From NCBI GenBank assembly GCA_965235115.1, contig OZ249444.1:29326001-29390000 (forward strand): a stretch of 64,000 bases of DNA, given 5' to 3'. This DNA is from Laetmonice hystrix. Taxonomy: Eukaryota. The position numbers and the translations under genes are program-made. This document shows, piece by piece, positions 36,401 through 47,574 of this stretch; the stretch's first letter is position 1; each line of letters opens with the position of its first letter. The notes below the pieces were generated by a model, which saw only the letters and a program-made list of their open reading frames with translations, was not told where the DNA came from and did not search any database.

Positions 36401-39357
36401 TCCCTGTGATTGAGCCATCTGAGCTGGCTGTTGGGGAGCTGCTGCCACCTGAGGGCCAACCAGGGAGTTATACTGTGGAACCTGCTCGGTATGTCGGCGT
36501 TGGAGGTGCGAGTGGAGGAATGTGGTGTTGACAAACGCCTTCGGACAGTAGGGACACTTGAAAAAGAATGATAGGACTGGTTTATTGATTACTTCAAAAC
36601 TTTCAAACCCAGGTTGAAAAATGTCAGCTCACTACTCAGTTCAAGAGAACCGCCAGGCCTCGAAAAGTCTGGAACCCGGACACCTGGGACAACCAAAATG
36701 TCCATTGGGCTACCAACCTCCCCTAAATGCGATAGTGTAGGTACCTGCTGGGCTATGACCCTATCTGCTTGCCCAGTTGGCTACCATGCTCTGGCAAGAT
36801 TGTTTTAGGCCTGACTGCTATTTTACACAGTACAATTAGTACTTGTTAATTATAATGTAGAAAGTTGTTAATTCTTACCTTGTGGTAACTGTTCACCCCT
36901 GCATTCATTATCTGCTGCTGGGCAACAAGCATCTTTTTTCTTTTGTGACTTTCCTTTTTGACTTCAGCCATCTCTGCTTTTTGTTTCTCCACCACCTCCT
37001 TAGTGTGGTCATGTTCCTGATTATTACAATATGGAAAAATAAAAGATTAAATGAAAAATTCATAATGACAACTTTACTAAAAATAAAAACAAGGTAAACA
37101 AAACAAAAATCCAATAACCAAGTAATCCAACTTTAGAATAGTGCAAGCTTTGCACTTTGTACATTAGACAACAAGGCTGACACAGATTCATTTGAATCAA
37201 TTACATTCATGTGTGCTCATTCATAGTGTCACTTACTTCTATAGTCTTCTGTAACTTCTCATCAAGGGCAGCCACCATCCCTGACAGGTAATCTTGTGAG
37301 TGCAGCAGGTACTCTATTGTCAGCTGGGCCAGTTTGAACAACTTCACAAAGTGGGGATCCACTGTACCAACATCCTGTCAATGAGCCAGTATCTTGGTTT
37401 TTTTTTCTGAATAAATTACTTACAAATATTCTCTCTACACCTCTCGCTATTTACAGTGTGTGTAATTTATTGCAGAGACAGAAGACGTTAATGATAAATT
37501 CAGATACTCACAAGTTCTGACTCAATGTTACAGAAAGTGATATTCATGATATTCTCCTGCAGCAGATTGAAGTCAAGGTTGCGAGAAATGTGGTCAAGAT
37601 CAGCTGCAGCTGTAATACAGTATACAAGATCAGCTGCAACTGTAATACAGTATACAAGATCAGCTGCAGCTGTAACACAGTATACAAGATCAGCTGCAAC
37701 TGTAATACAGTATATACAAGATCAGCTGCAGCTGTAACACAGTATACAAGATCAGCTGCAACTGTAATACAGTGTACAAGATCAGCTGCAACTGTAATAC
37801 AGTATACAAGATCAGCTGCAACTCTAATACAGTATACAAGATCAGTTGCAACTGTAATACAGTGTACAAGATCAGCTGCAGCTGTAACACAGTATACAAG
37901 ATCAGCTGCAACTGTAATACAGTATATACAAGATCAGCTGCAGCTGTAACACAGTATACAAGATCAGCTGCAACTGTAATACAGTGTACAAGATCAGCTG
38001 CAACTGTAATACAGTATACAAGATCAGCTGCAACTGTAATACAGTATACAAGATCAGCTGCAGCTGTAACACAGTATACAAGATCAGCTGGAACTGTAAT
38101 ACAGTACAAGATCAGCGGCAACTGTAATACGGTATACAAGATCAGCTGCAACTGTAATACAGTGTACAAGATCAGCTGCAACTGTAATACAGTGTACAAG
38201 ATCAGCTGCAACTGTAACACAGTATACAAGATCAGCTGCAACTGTAATACAGTACAAGATCAGCTGCAACTGTAATACAGTACAAGATCAGCGGCAACTG
38301 TAATACAGTATACAAGATCAGCTGCAACTGTAATACAGTGTACAAGATCAGCTGCAACTGTAATACAGTGTACAAGATCAGCTGCAACTGTAATACAGTG
38401 TACAAGATCAGCTGCAACTGTAATACAGTGTACAAGATCAGCTGCAGCTGTAATACAGTATACAAGATCAGCTGCAACTGTAATACAGTGTTACAAGATC
38501 AGCTGCAACTGTAACACAGTATACAAGATCAGCTGCAACTGTAATACAGTACAAGATCAGCGGCAACTGTAATACAGTATACAAGATCAGCTGCAACTGT
38601 AATACAGTGTACAAGATCAGCTGCAACTGTAATACAGTGTACAAGATCAGCTGCAACTGTAATACAGTGTACAAGATCAGCTGCAACTGTAATACAGTGT
38701 ACAAGATCAGCTGCAGCTGTAATACAGTATACAAGATCAGCTGCAACTGTAATACAGTGTTACAAGATCAGCTGCAACTGTAACACAGTATACAAGATCA
38801 GCTGCAACTGTAATACAGTACAAGATCAGCGGCAACTGTAATACAGTATACAAGATCAGCTGCAACTGTAATACAGTGTACAAGATCAGCTGCAACTGTA
38901 ATACAGTGTACAAGATCAGCTGCAACTGTAATACAGTGTACAAGATCAGCTGCAACTGTAATACAGTGTACAAGATCAGCTGCAGCTGTAATACAGTGTA
39001 CAAGATCAGCTGTAGCTGTAATACAGTGTACAAGATCAAGCATACCATTGGAAATTTCAATAGACATACAAATTTTTACAGTTCCACACTACTCACTATA
39101 TAGACTCTTCCAGCAAATTAGAAACTGTTAGTTCCCAAGTTGGTGGGACACACTATATAGTCATTCTGAAACGTACCAATTTTTTTCCAGTCAACCCGCT
39201 CGATGCGTTTTCTAAATGTGAACCCCGAGCCATTAGAGCCTGCCATGGAATGGTAGCTTCCTGTGTATCCTGTCCCTGCAGGAATACCGCCATTAGTGTA
39301 GGTGCCTGGAGACCTGGCGGTGTTAACATAGCTACTTGGACGGTACTGCATAGACAT
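24426..39357 (-). CDS. DZIP1: DZIP1/DZIP1L (iguana)-like cilium assembly zinc-finger coiled-coil protein (~959 aa as modelled)
   Basis: Exons 39177-39357 (..FTFRKRIERVDWKKI), 37512-37609 (AAADLDHISRNLDFNLLQENIMNITFCNIE), 37237-37374 (VDPHFVKLFKLAQLTIEYLLHSQDYL), 36879-37016, 36398-36556 (C2H2 CPYCPKAFVNTTFLHSHLQRRH), 36087-36203, 35848-35931, 35638-35740, 35387-35493, 34772-34879, 34018-34131, 32738-32812, 32369-32495, 32045-32102, 31745-31898, 31469-31546, 30969-31059, 30521-30764, 30220-30396, 29991-30099, [29063-29080], 28343-28420, 28092-28183, 27639-27718, 27099-27143, 24426-24532. Total 2880 nt, in frame. The 3' exon set is less certain. Confidence 0.9.
24571..24937. repeat. 42-bp minisatellite, ~8.5 copies, each with TCA|GTAAGT on the minus strand
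   Basis: Plus-strand unit agtacctcttgtacacttactgaagtctttaaattccccatt, in the last DZIP1 intron. Confidence 0.95.
28441..29080. repeat. 80-bp minisatellite, 8 copies, containing a DZIP1 candidate micro-exon and donor
   Basis: Units start exactly at 28441, 28521 ... 29001. Minus-strand unit is ACTCATACAGAGAACATG|gt(a/g)agag... plus 62 nt. Confidence 0.97.
29063..29080 (-). CDS. Candidate 18-nt micro-exon of DZIP1 (THTENM)
   Basis: Acceptor ctcttgtgtttccactcag, donor gtgagag. Phase 0-0, between the ..SQLA and GRGRKPAGG exons. Confidence 0.55.
31082..31446. repeat. 27-28-bp minisatellite, ~13 copies, filling most of a DZIP1 intron
   Basis: Unit caatacacaacagatggattgaccgta; lies in intron 31060-31468. 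Confidence 0.95.
33845..34008. repeat. ~33-bp minisatellite, ~5 copies, just downstream of a DZIP1 donor
   Basis: Unit tgaacttactgaggctggtgtttttatctt(tc/ag). Confidence 0.85.
34996..35407. repeat. 51-bp minisatellite, ~8 copies, containing the DZIP1 exon end and donor
   Basis: Minus-strand unit AGGAACAGTTACAGGCTCAG|gtggggttcgcaagttttaactggtggtgaa. Confidence 0.95.
37595..39038. repeat. ~30-bp minisatellite, ~48 copies, containing the DZIP1 acceptor and exon start
   Basis: Minus-strand unit tatactgtattacag|(C/T)TGCAGCTGATCTTG, with length variants of about 28-32 bp. Confidence 0.97.
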
Positions 39358-41830
39358 CTTTCTCTAAAGATAAAATACACATACATGTAAAACTGAAAGA
39401 TATATTAGAACCAAAAACTATCACATGTTATATATCCTCTAATGTTGTCTAAATATTGAATATAAAACTAATCACTCCAGTGCTTTGGGTATTGCAGACC
39501 CTGTCTTTTGAAAGCAGGAGCTATATGAGAGTCATATCCTTATAGGCCTATAGGGCCATAGAAACTATCATGGGCGCCATGTATAGTGCTCCTAAATTTA
39601 CAATCACGGGCGCTCACAGGCGCAAGCGCCATGGCGCCCGTCAAAAGACAGGGTCTGGTATTGGTTAATGTTTTTGTGTTCTCGGTCAAGATCAGTTGTC
39701 AGACTGAATAAAAAATGGCAATGTATATTTAGCACGTATTGACTTCTCCCCGTGCTTGTGCTATTCGACCATACTCGTCTCATGCGTCCTAGCCTTCTCC
39801 TTAGCTTAACCCTCATTTGTGGGTCTTTGCCCCAGACATAGACAGTAAGTTGATTGAGCGTTACTGATAGCGGAACTCTACACTGACAGGTTGGGAACTG
39901 ACAGTGACAATCATCAAAATTCAAATGATTACTTCACTGATTACACAGTTACCCTGGGCCGGTGTCGTGGCCTGTTTTCTCCTCCGGTCTGCAATCTCCG
40001 GGTGCATGGTTTCCTATTGTTTAGAGGCCGTGAGGGTTTAGAGGGTGAGCATGCGCATGTCGCAGTTTGGGCTCACACCTCCGGTCGTCTGCTAGCTGAT
40101 GGGCGGTAGGCCTAGAGTTTTCTTCTAAACAGTAATAAAGGACAGCCTGAAGAGGCAAATTGTGGATCAAAACTGACGGAGGAGAAAAGGGTTATTACGT
40201 GAGATTCCATCCTGACTCGATATATCGGATAGTGTACCGAGAACGATACAAATACACACAACTCTGCAGCCAACCTCCGGGAGATTTCAGACCGCGGAGA
40301 AAACACTCAAACAGACCGCGACACCGGTTACTATTTCTGATTTTCACAAATAACCAGGCATGGCCATGTACCATCTCCATCATTCATGGGCATGGCATAT
40401 AGACTGTATCTATACTAGACTTAGCCTACGTAGTAAGCCTTGCGCCGAGCCAGCAAGGCTTACAGACAGTCGAATTAAATTCCTGAAGGGTCACACCACA
40501 ACCACACCCAGGCCAGACCACCACCGCTTGCACTGATCAACTCACCGGCATCCATTTATCTCGACAGTAGGTGTGTGGGGTCCTGAAGCAGTGTTTCTAA
40601 TAGTACCCATACAACGTCAAATTCATGTCTAGTTAGATCACCCGTTTTACGGCGTTTTACCGGCCGCCATGTTGCCTTTGATATCCCAGCATGCATCTCT
40701 CCGACGGTTAACGAGCATTGAAATTTCTCGGTTCGAGAGATGTGACTGTCTTTATTGTGTCGCATCGTGCTTTTCCAGCTTGCAGATATGAGAGATAAGT
40801 TATTTTGAGTTTATTCATCACTATTTCATCAACATATAGAGACAAGGGAGGGCTTTTCATGGCAGACAGAAGATTTGTCCGGGTACGCTCGGAAATTCTG
40901 AACAGCGACTTTCGGCTCTGTACAGAGCACAGAGCCGAATTCTTTGGCTATACTACTACTAGTCAACTAGACTATACTAAATTATGTAATATTAGGACAC
41001 ATGAATGATACATCACACAGCAAAATTTATTGGACATACACAGATCTACGTATAAATAGTGCACACATAGAAAGAAGAATTTTCCAACATTAACAAACAA
41101 CAAATAAATCAAGACAATGACGTGATAACTGATAAGTCTATGAATACCAATGTGTAAGCCGCCAAGAAAACAAAACGTGACCCAGCATGCACTGGTCGAC
41201 GAGGACACTTGCTACTCACTGTAAACAAACCACAAAAGTCATGCATACCTTTTTTGTAGACACAATGGAACGTCAGACGCGACTCCAGATTCCGAATAAC
41301 ACTTAACTGAAACAAATGTGGAAAACTTGCGCTGTTAAATACAACGGATTATCCCAGAATACAGAGAATTTTAACTACATTTTAAGAAATTCCTCCACAT
41401 TGGCATCCATTTTGAAACGTCGTTCCCAATCATGCAGAATGATGGGAAACTAGTTTTAACAAAATAAGAAAGAATCGAAGATAATCAGTATAAATATGCA
41501 TTTATTGAAATAAAAATTACAGTAACTAATTATCTATTATTCAAATCGTAATTACGAATACTCATCAGTGAACGAGAAGAACCTGCGTGGCCTCATTCGA
41601 TTCGGCCGCCCGAGTGACACGGGCACCACAGTCCACATCATGTGTGCCCAGCGCGAAATCTCGAGTCATGTGGGCCTATATAGTATTACTGGAAATTACT
41701 GCACCTAATGGGCCCCTTTTTCCGGGTGAAAATTCCTTAATCCGCCGACGAGGGCCCCATGACCCCATTAGTCCGTGATCCGAGTGTCGTGGAATCGAAC
41801 GGGGCTCGTGTTCCAGTTTGAGGAAATAAC

Positions 41831-41847
41831 TGGCGCCATCTGGCGAG
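41831..41847 (-). promoter_or_regulatory. CTCF-like motif upstream of DNAJC3
   Basis: Minus strand CTCGCCAGATGGCGCCA resembles the CTCF core CCASYAGRKGGCRS. Confidence 0.4.
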
Positions 41848-41871
41848 ATGGGGCTCGTGAGTTTCAATGAC

Positions 41872-41908
41872 CCGGAAGTAAAATCGTGGCCAATCACATT
41901 TCCCCACG
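41872..41908 (+). promoter_or_regulatory. ER stress response element (ERSE) with adjacent ETS site
   Basis: CCAAT (41890-41894), 9-nt spacer CACATTTCC, CCACG (41904-41908): exact ERSE consensus, ~70 bp upstream of the DNAJC3 ATG. CCGGAAGT at 41872-41879. Confidence 0.8.
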
Positions 41909-41977
41909 CTTACTATGTGGAGAAGAAGAGAGTGTACTTTTCGGGGGTACGTGTATTAACCACACGGGCACTGTACT

Positions 41978-44900
41978 ATGTGGCCGTTTGCAAAGTATAT
42001 AGGTGTGGTTCCCTTAGTTTTCTTATCACTGGATCTGAACCTGAAAGGTAAGCTTTGTGAATTTATCCTCCATCTACCGCGAGGTGCACAACTCCACAAC
42101 AAGTGAAGGGGCGGGCCTACGGTCCCTGTTGACTTTGACAGCCAAACCCAATCAAACTCGTGTGACAGCTTAGTTTACAAAATCACAAGTTCAGACATAG
42201 CGACATAGGAATGTTAAACCATACTATGTGTTATTATGTTTAATTTATGGAGGGCCACTGATGACAAATGTGATAATGAGCAAGAGCACTACACCAAGTC
42301 TAGCTGCATGACTGGGATATGGCACAACTCACAAGCAAGGGATGTCTAATTAAATTTATTTGTATACATGCTATGGGATAATTAATCAATGGGTAATGAA
42401 GTGATATTAATTCACAAAGGAGATCAATATCTACTGATGTGTGTGTATGATTCATTGACATTTCTAAATGATAAATCTCACGATGCTGGAAGTAACGACC
42501 TTAAAGCGGCGGTCTCGTCCTTCAGGGGTGCATTCCACTAACGAAAGACGTCTTTAGCAAAGACGACTTCGGAAAGACGTCTTTGCAGGGCCGATGTTAA
42601 AGAATAGGTGGTTAGTGGAACGCCCGTCGCCGCAAAGACCTCTTCGGCTCAGCAATCATTTCAAAGACATCTTTCCGGCTATACATGCTATGGGATAATT
42701 AATCAATGGGTAATGAAGTGATATTAATTCACAAAGGAGATCAATATCTACTGATGTGTGTGTATGATTCATTGACATTTCTAAATGATAAATCTCACGA
42801 TGCTGGAAGTAACGACCTCAAAGCGGCGGTCTCGTCCTTCAGGGGTGCATTCCACTAACGAAAGACGTCTTTAGCAAAGACGACTTCGGAAAGACGTCTT
42901 TGCAGGGCCGATGTTAAAGAATAGGTGGTTAGTGGAACGCCCGTCGCCGCAAAGACCTCTTCGGCTCAGCAATCATTTCAAAGACATCTTTCCGGCTTTG
43001 TGGAATGCACCCCTGTATTGTGCATAGCTATAGGATCTGACATCTATAAATAGCACATCGACTGTTAGAATGGCCAGCCTAGCACACAATGCTGAAGGAC
43101 AAGACTGTCGCTTAAGTTTAAGTACTGTATGCTTTCACTAAAATATTAAATATTAAGTTTTTGTGTTGAAATTTCTCAGGCATATATATTTCATTAAATT
43201 GAATCGTTGGAATATTGCACACTGATATTGTCTGTTTAAGGTACTGTTGGCATGATGAATCATCGCAGCAGTCCCAGCCTGTCTGCCTTGTTTATTGTAG
43301 CTTGGTCTACACTGCTGAAAGGTACGGATGTGAACAATGCACACTTGAGCTGGGGGGGGGTACTCCATGATTTCACAGGGCTATGAATGACCAGTCAGAG
43401 ATCAAGATGTACGGGAGTGTTGTAGATCAATTAGCCTTTGCCAGTTTGACATTCCTTCACATTGTGTTTATGTAGAAGACATTAACCAGTGGCATGTTTA
43501 ATGTTATCGTAGGTGTCGAGTGTGCAAGCAAGGAAGAGATAGAACGTCATCTGGAATTAGGCAAGAAGTTTCTAGCTGCAGGCCAGATGGCAGATGCACT
43601 TTCTCAGTACCATGCTGCAATTGGTATGTATTCAGAAGCAATAGTAGCTTTAACTGACTCTGACTATGAAACTTTTAGCTCTGAGAACATTCAGTCATGA
43701 TCATCTTGAATCAAGCTCATGGTTACATAACACAAGAAGTTCTTGTATTCTGTAAATACTTCATGGACACAGCATTACCGTTCACTTCGTGTGAATTTCT
43801 CTAAGTTATGTACCTTATTCATTAATTCAGATTTAAATCTTTACAGAGGGAGACCCTAGAAATTACATGTCATACTTCCGCCGAGCTACAGTATACTTAG
43901 CCATGGGTAAATCAAAGTCAGCTCTCCCAGACCTGGATAAGGTCATTCAACTTAAGCCAGATTTTGTGGCAGTAAGTATCCTTGGATTTATTTAGTGTTG
44001 GGGAGAACTTATGTAAACATTGTCTGATTATCAACTTGTGTTAAAGAGTCGTACTACATACTCAAAGGAGCTGGAGAAAAAATACAAGCAAAAGTGGTTC
44101 AGAGGTGATAAGGAAAAGCATAATTCCACGGTAATCTCAAAAGTTTTTTTCTGTAGTGATGGCATTCCATTTCAGGCTAGAATGCAGAGAGGAAATGTCT
44201 GGTTAAAACAAGGAAAACTGGATGAAGCCCACGTTGATTATGAACAAGTGGTAAGTTATACGGTTGTACTGGTAGTGAATTTATCAAACATATCTTTGAT
44301 AGCACATTTTTCATGAATTACCGTAAATGATCGTGTATAGTACGCACTCGTGTATAGTACGCAGGCGATTTTTGGGGCTAAGACCAAGGAAAAAAAAATC
44401 CAACAACATCATCATAGAATCCCGGCATGGCAGCTAGAACCTGCGGTGTGAACTCCTGCAGCCGGCTCCAGCCACAGTTAGCATGTCCAGGCCCGCACGC
44501 TGTACAAACGGTCACACCTATATATTTAGCAATTTTTAGTTATATATGGCACTATAAGACAAAGGGGGGCCTGTACCTTACGGGTATAATCATGGCCAGA
44601 GATAGAGCCAATTCAGATCTGCTACTGACTAAACCCCTGCCCCCACGTAGATCAGCAGCAAACCAAACTGCCCATTTTAGGGCCCCAACTCCTCAGAAAA
44701 GGGTTCAATTAATGCTATATCCCGTTAATACAAAATGATGTAGGCCCTTAATTACTCCACAGGACGTGCTGTTAGGCCACGTGGCCGGCAGCCTTAGTGT
44801 TTCGTTTTACCACCACGCGCCACTAGGTGCTACGGTAGTGACGCCTGGTGGCAAAATGGAAGACTAGTATTTCACCTCTGCGTTCCACGGTTGCCTTGGC

Positions 44901-47574
44901 CTACGTTGCAAGTTTATAACCAAGTGTTTTAGAAATATGCCTTCAATTAAGAAACTAATGCCTTTATTGAATATATCTGGGCCTAGTAGTGTATTTTTGA
45001 ATGCGTATTTCCAAGTGGTTACTGGTGTAGTGACTCAAGCCAAGACCCTCCATTAGGCCAGTCGTCCATTTTTGGCAGTCAAGATGTGCCGACTGACCAT
45101 GGATTTTGCTTAGACTCATGTATAAGACGCACTGGATTTTCAGAGGCAATTTTAGGGGTAAAAAAGTGCGTACTATACACGATCATTTACGGTAACCTTT
45201 AATTGGCATACTCAGATATTCATTACAATCTGTTTTTGCTGAAGATTATTGTTGTGTTATGTTACAGTTTGTATACACAATTTAATATTTATTACTTTCA
45301 GCTACAAAAAGAACCCAATCATCCTGAGGCACAAGGGTCCATCAGCGTGATAGAGCCACTTAAACGTGATATACAAATAGCAGCTAATTTAAGGAATGGT
45401 GGAGATTTTCAAGGAGCTATAGACTTGTTAAGTCGTGCAATTGAGGTGAGATATCCACAAGTAGTGGTTTGATAATTAATCAAATTATTAATTAATGGGG
45501 TTGGTAACTTATAACAGTAAACAGCTGAATAAGTAATACAGTTGATCAATAGTGAGGATGTTTAAATGTTTAAAACGGTGTATAAAACGGTTTATGATTT
45601 TGACACAAATTTTAGCATTGTCCTTGGGACCCGAGCCTACGAGAGATGCGTGCGGACTGTTATATCGCACAAGGCGACTTCTTTAAAGCTATTGGTGATA
45701 TCCGTCCTACAACCAAACTTCGCAGCGATAACACAGCAGGATTCCTCAAACTAAGCTTGTTACTTTACCAAATGGGAGAGGCAGATGAGTCCCTCAGGTT
45801 AGTGTAACACCAAAAAAAAAAAAACTGGACTAAACTTTATATATTATTGAGATATGAAGCAAAATATTCTGTTGTCACAATACACTGAATCATCCTATTT
45901 TGTCTTACAGTGAAATTCGTGAGTGTTTAAAACTCGACCCAGATCACAAAGAGTGTTTTCCACATTATAAGAAGGTGAAGAAATTGGTGAAGCAGATTCA
46001 GTCAGTCTTCTCCTTCATCAATGAACAACGTTGGGACGACTGCCTATCGAAGGCGAACCAGATCCTGCAGACTGAGCCTAAAGTGCTCTCCTACGTTCAC
46101 AGAGCACATGGTCATATATGTCATTGCCATTCTAAGGTAGGTTCAACAACACCTTCAATCTCACTTACTTTACTTTGGTTCATTTTCTTTATGTTTCAGT
46201 GCAGATCTAGTGTTTAAAGTTACTGGTAACATTAGACTAAACTACTGCTTGCAAAATTTTACATAAAACCGAGTTCATGTGTGGTTGTGTGACATTTGTG
46301 CTCCAGGCAGGCCATATCAAGGAGGCAATAGACTCATGTGGCAAGATCTTAGAGAGAGATGAGAATGACATTGAGGCACTTTGTGATAGGGCAGATGCAT
46401 ACATAGCAAATGAACAGTTTCAACAAGGTAAGAAAGTAATATGTTGGAATGAAAAAAAGATAATAGCTCATTCCTCCGGAAGATTTATCAATTGTGACCT
46501 ATTCAATTATTTTATCTTAATATTTCTTCTTTTTTGTTTAAATACCTTGTTTGTGTTTTTAAGGGAAAAAGTTGTAAAATTAAGGTGCATTTATCCTGTC
46601 AGGAAGGTAACCATTCATTTTCTTACTTGGTTTCAGCTATAGACGATTTCAAAAAGGCTACAAATGTATATGGTGATCATCAACGGGCAAAGGAAGGTTT
46701 ACATCGTGCAGAAAAACTTCTCAAACAATCCCAAAAAAGAGATTACTATAAAATATTGGGCATAAGAAGGTTTGTATTATGTCTACTTGGTTATTCAACT
46801 TACTGTGCAAATATTATTGTTCTATTAAATGTAGTCTGTGCACATTATAAAACCCTATAGAATGCTGATGTGTTTCTTATACAATGTTTCTAAATTTTCA
46901 ATTTTTTCACAAAATGTGTTTATTGATCTTAGGTCTACTATTCACATTTTGTTGCAACAGATTCTCCCTGGAATGTCTAATGTTAGTATATTTTATTTGT
47001 ATTCTATACAGAAATGCAGGAAAGAAAGAAATACTCAAAGCCTACAGAAAGTTGGCAGTGCAGTGGCACCCAGACAAATATGATGGAGATGATAAAAAGG
47101 AGGCAGAAAAAAAATTCATTGATATCGCGGCTGCCAAGGAGGTGCTTACAGATCCAGGTGACTATTTTTAGAAACTCCTTAAAATTTATGCTTTTTTAAA
47201 CAATTTATATACAAAAATGTGTTCCAAAAACTCACAAGTAATCAATTTTAACATTTTGCAAAAAAAAACATAAAGGAAACGGAAAAATTGTACCTACATG
47301 ATTAATCAAATATTGTCAGTAATGCCAATCTATTGGAATATAATGTAGAACGGTAAAGAATGCAAAGGGATACTTTAGGAGGAACACAACATAATTTTTT
47401 AGGTCAAAGACTTAATTTTTTTGTTCTGTTTTATTCTCAGAGAAAAGGCAGAAATTTGACAATGGTGAAGACCCGCTGGACCCAGAGGAGCAAGCTAACA
47501 GTCACCAACACTGGCATCAAGGATTCGATCCATTTGGAGGTGGCGGTTTCCAGTTTAAATTCCACTTTGGTTGA
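41978..47574 (+). CDS. DNAJC3: DnaJ homolog subfamily C member 3 (P58IPK; signal peptide, TPR repeats, J-domain), 488 aa
   Basis: Exons 41978-42047, 43513-43623 ([28 protein letters not shown]), 43847-43971, 44176-44250, 45302-45445, 45616-45797, 45911-46136, 46307-46427, 46637-46769 (KRDYYKILG), 47012-47157 (WHPD), 47441-47574 (..FKFHFG*). Total 1467 nt, in frame. Confidence 0.96.
42364..42997. repeat. Near-perfect 317-bp tandem duplication in DNAJC3 intron 1
   Basis: 42364-42680 matches 42681-42997; both begin atacatgctatgggataatt and end ctttccggct. Confidence 0.95.
42843..43012. mobile_element. PIF/Harbinger-like MITE (170 bp), same family as 18592-18762; a one-ended copy lies at 42526-42680
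   Basis: CAG|GGGTGCATTCCAC ... GTGGAATGCACCC|CTG; internal AAAGACGTCTTT motifs. Confidence 0.8.
44321..45192. mobile_element. Non-autonomous Tc1/mariner (pogo/Tigger-like) element, 872 bp, in DNAJC3 intron 4
   Basis: TA|CCGTAAATGATCGTGTATAGTACGCA ... TGCGTACTATACACGATCATTTACGG|TA; 26-bp perfect TIR, TA TSD, no transposase ORF. Confidence 0.88.

Noticed and set aside
37590-39103. Multiple long repetitive ORFs (LQLILYTV, YKISCNCNTV, etc.)
   Set aside because: By-products of the stop-poor 30-bp array inside a DZIP1 intron; not independent genes.
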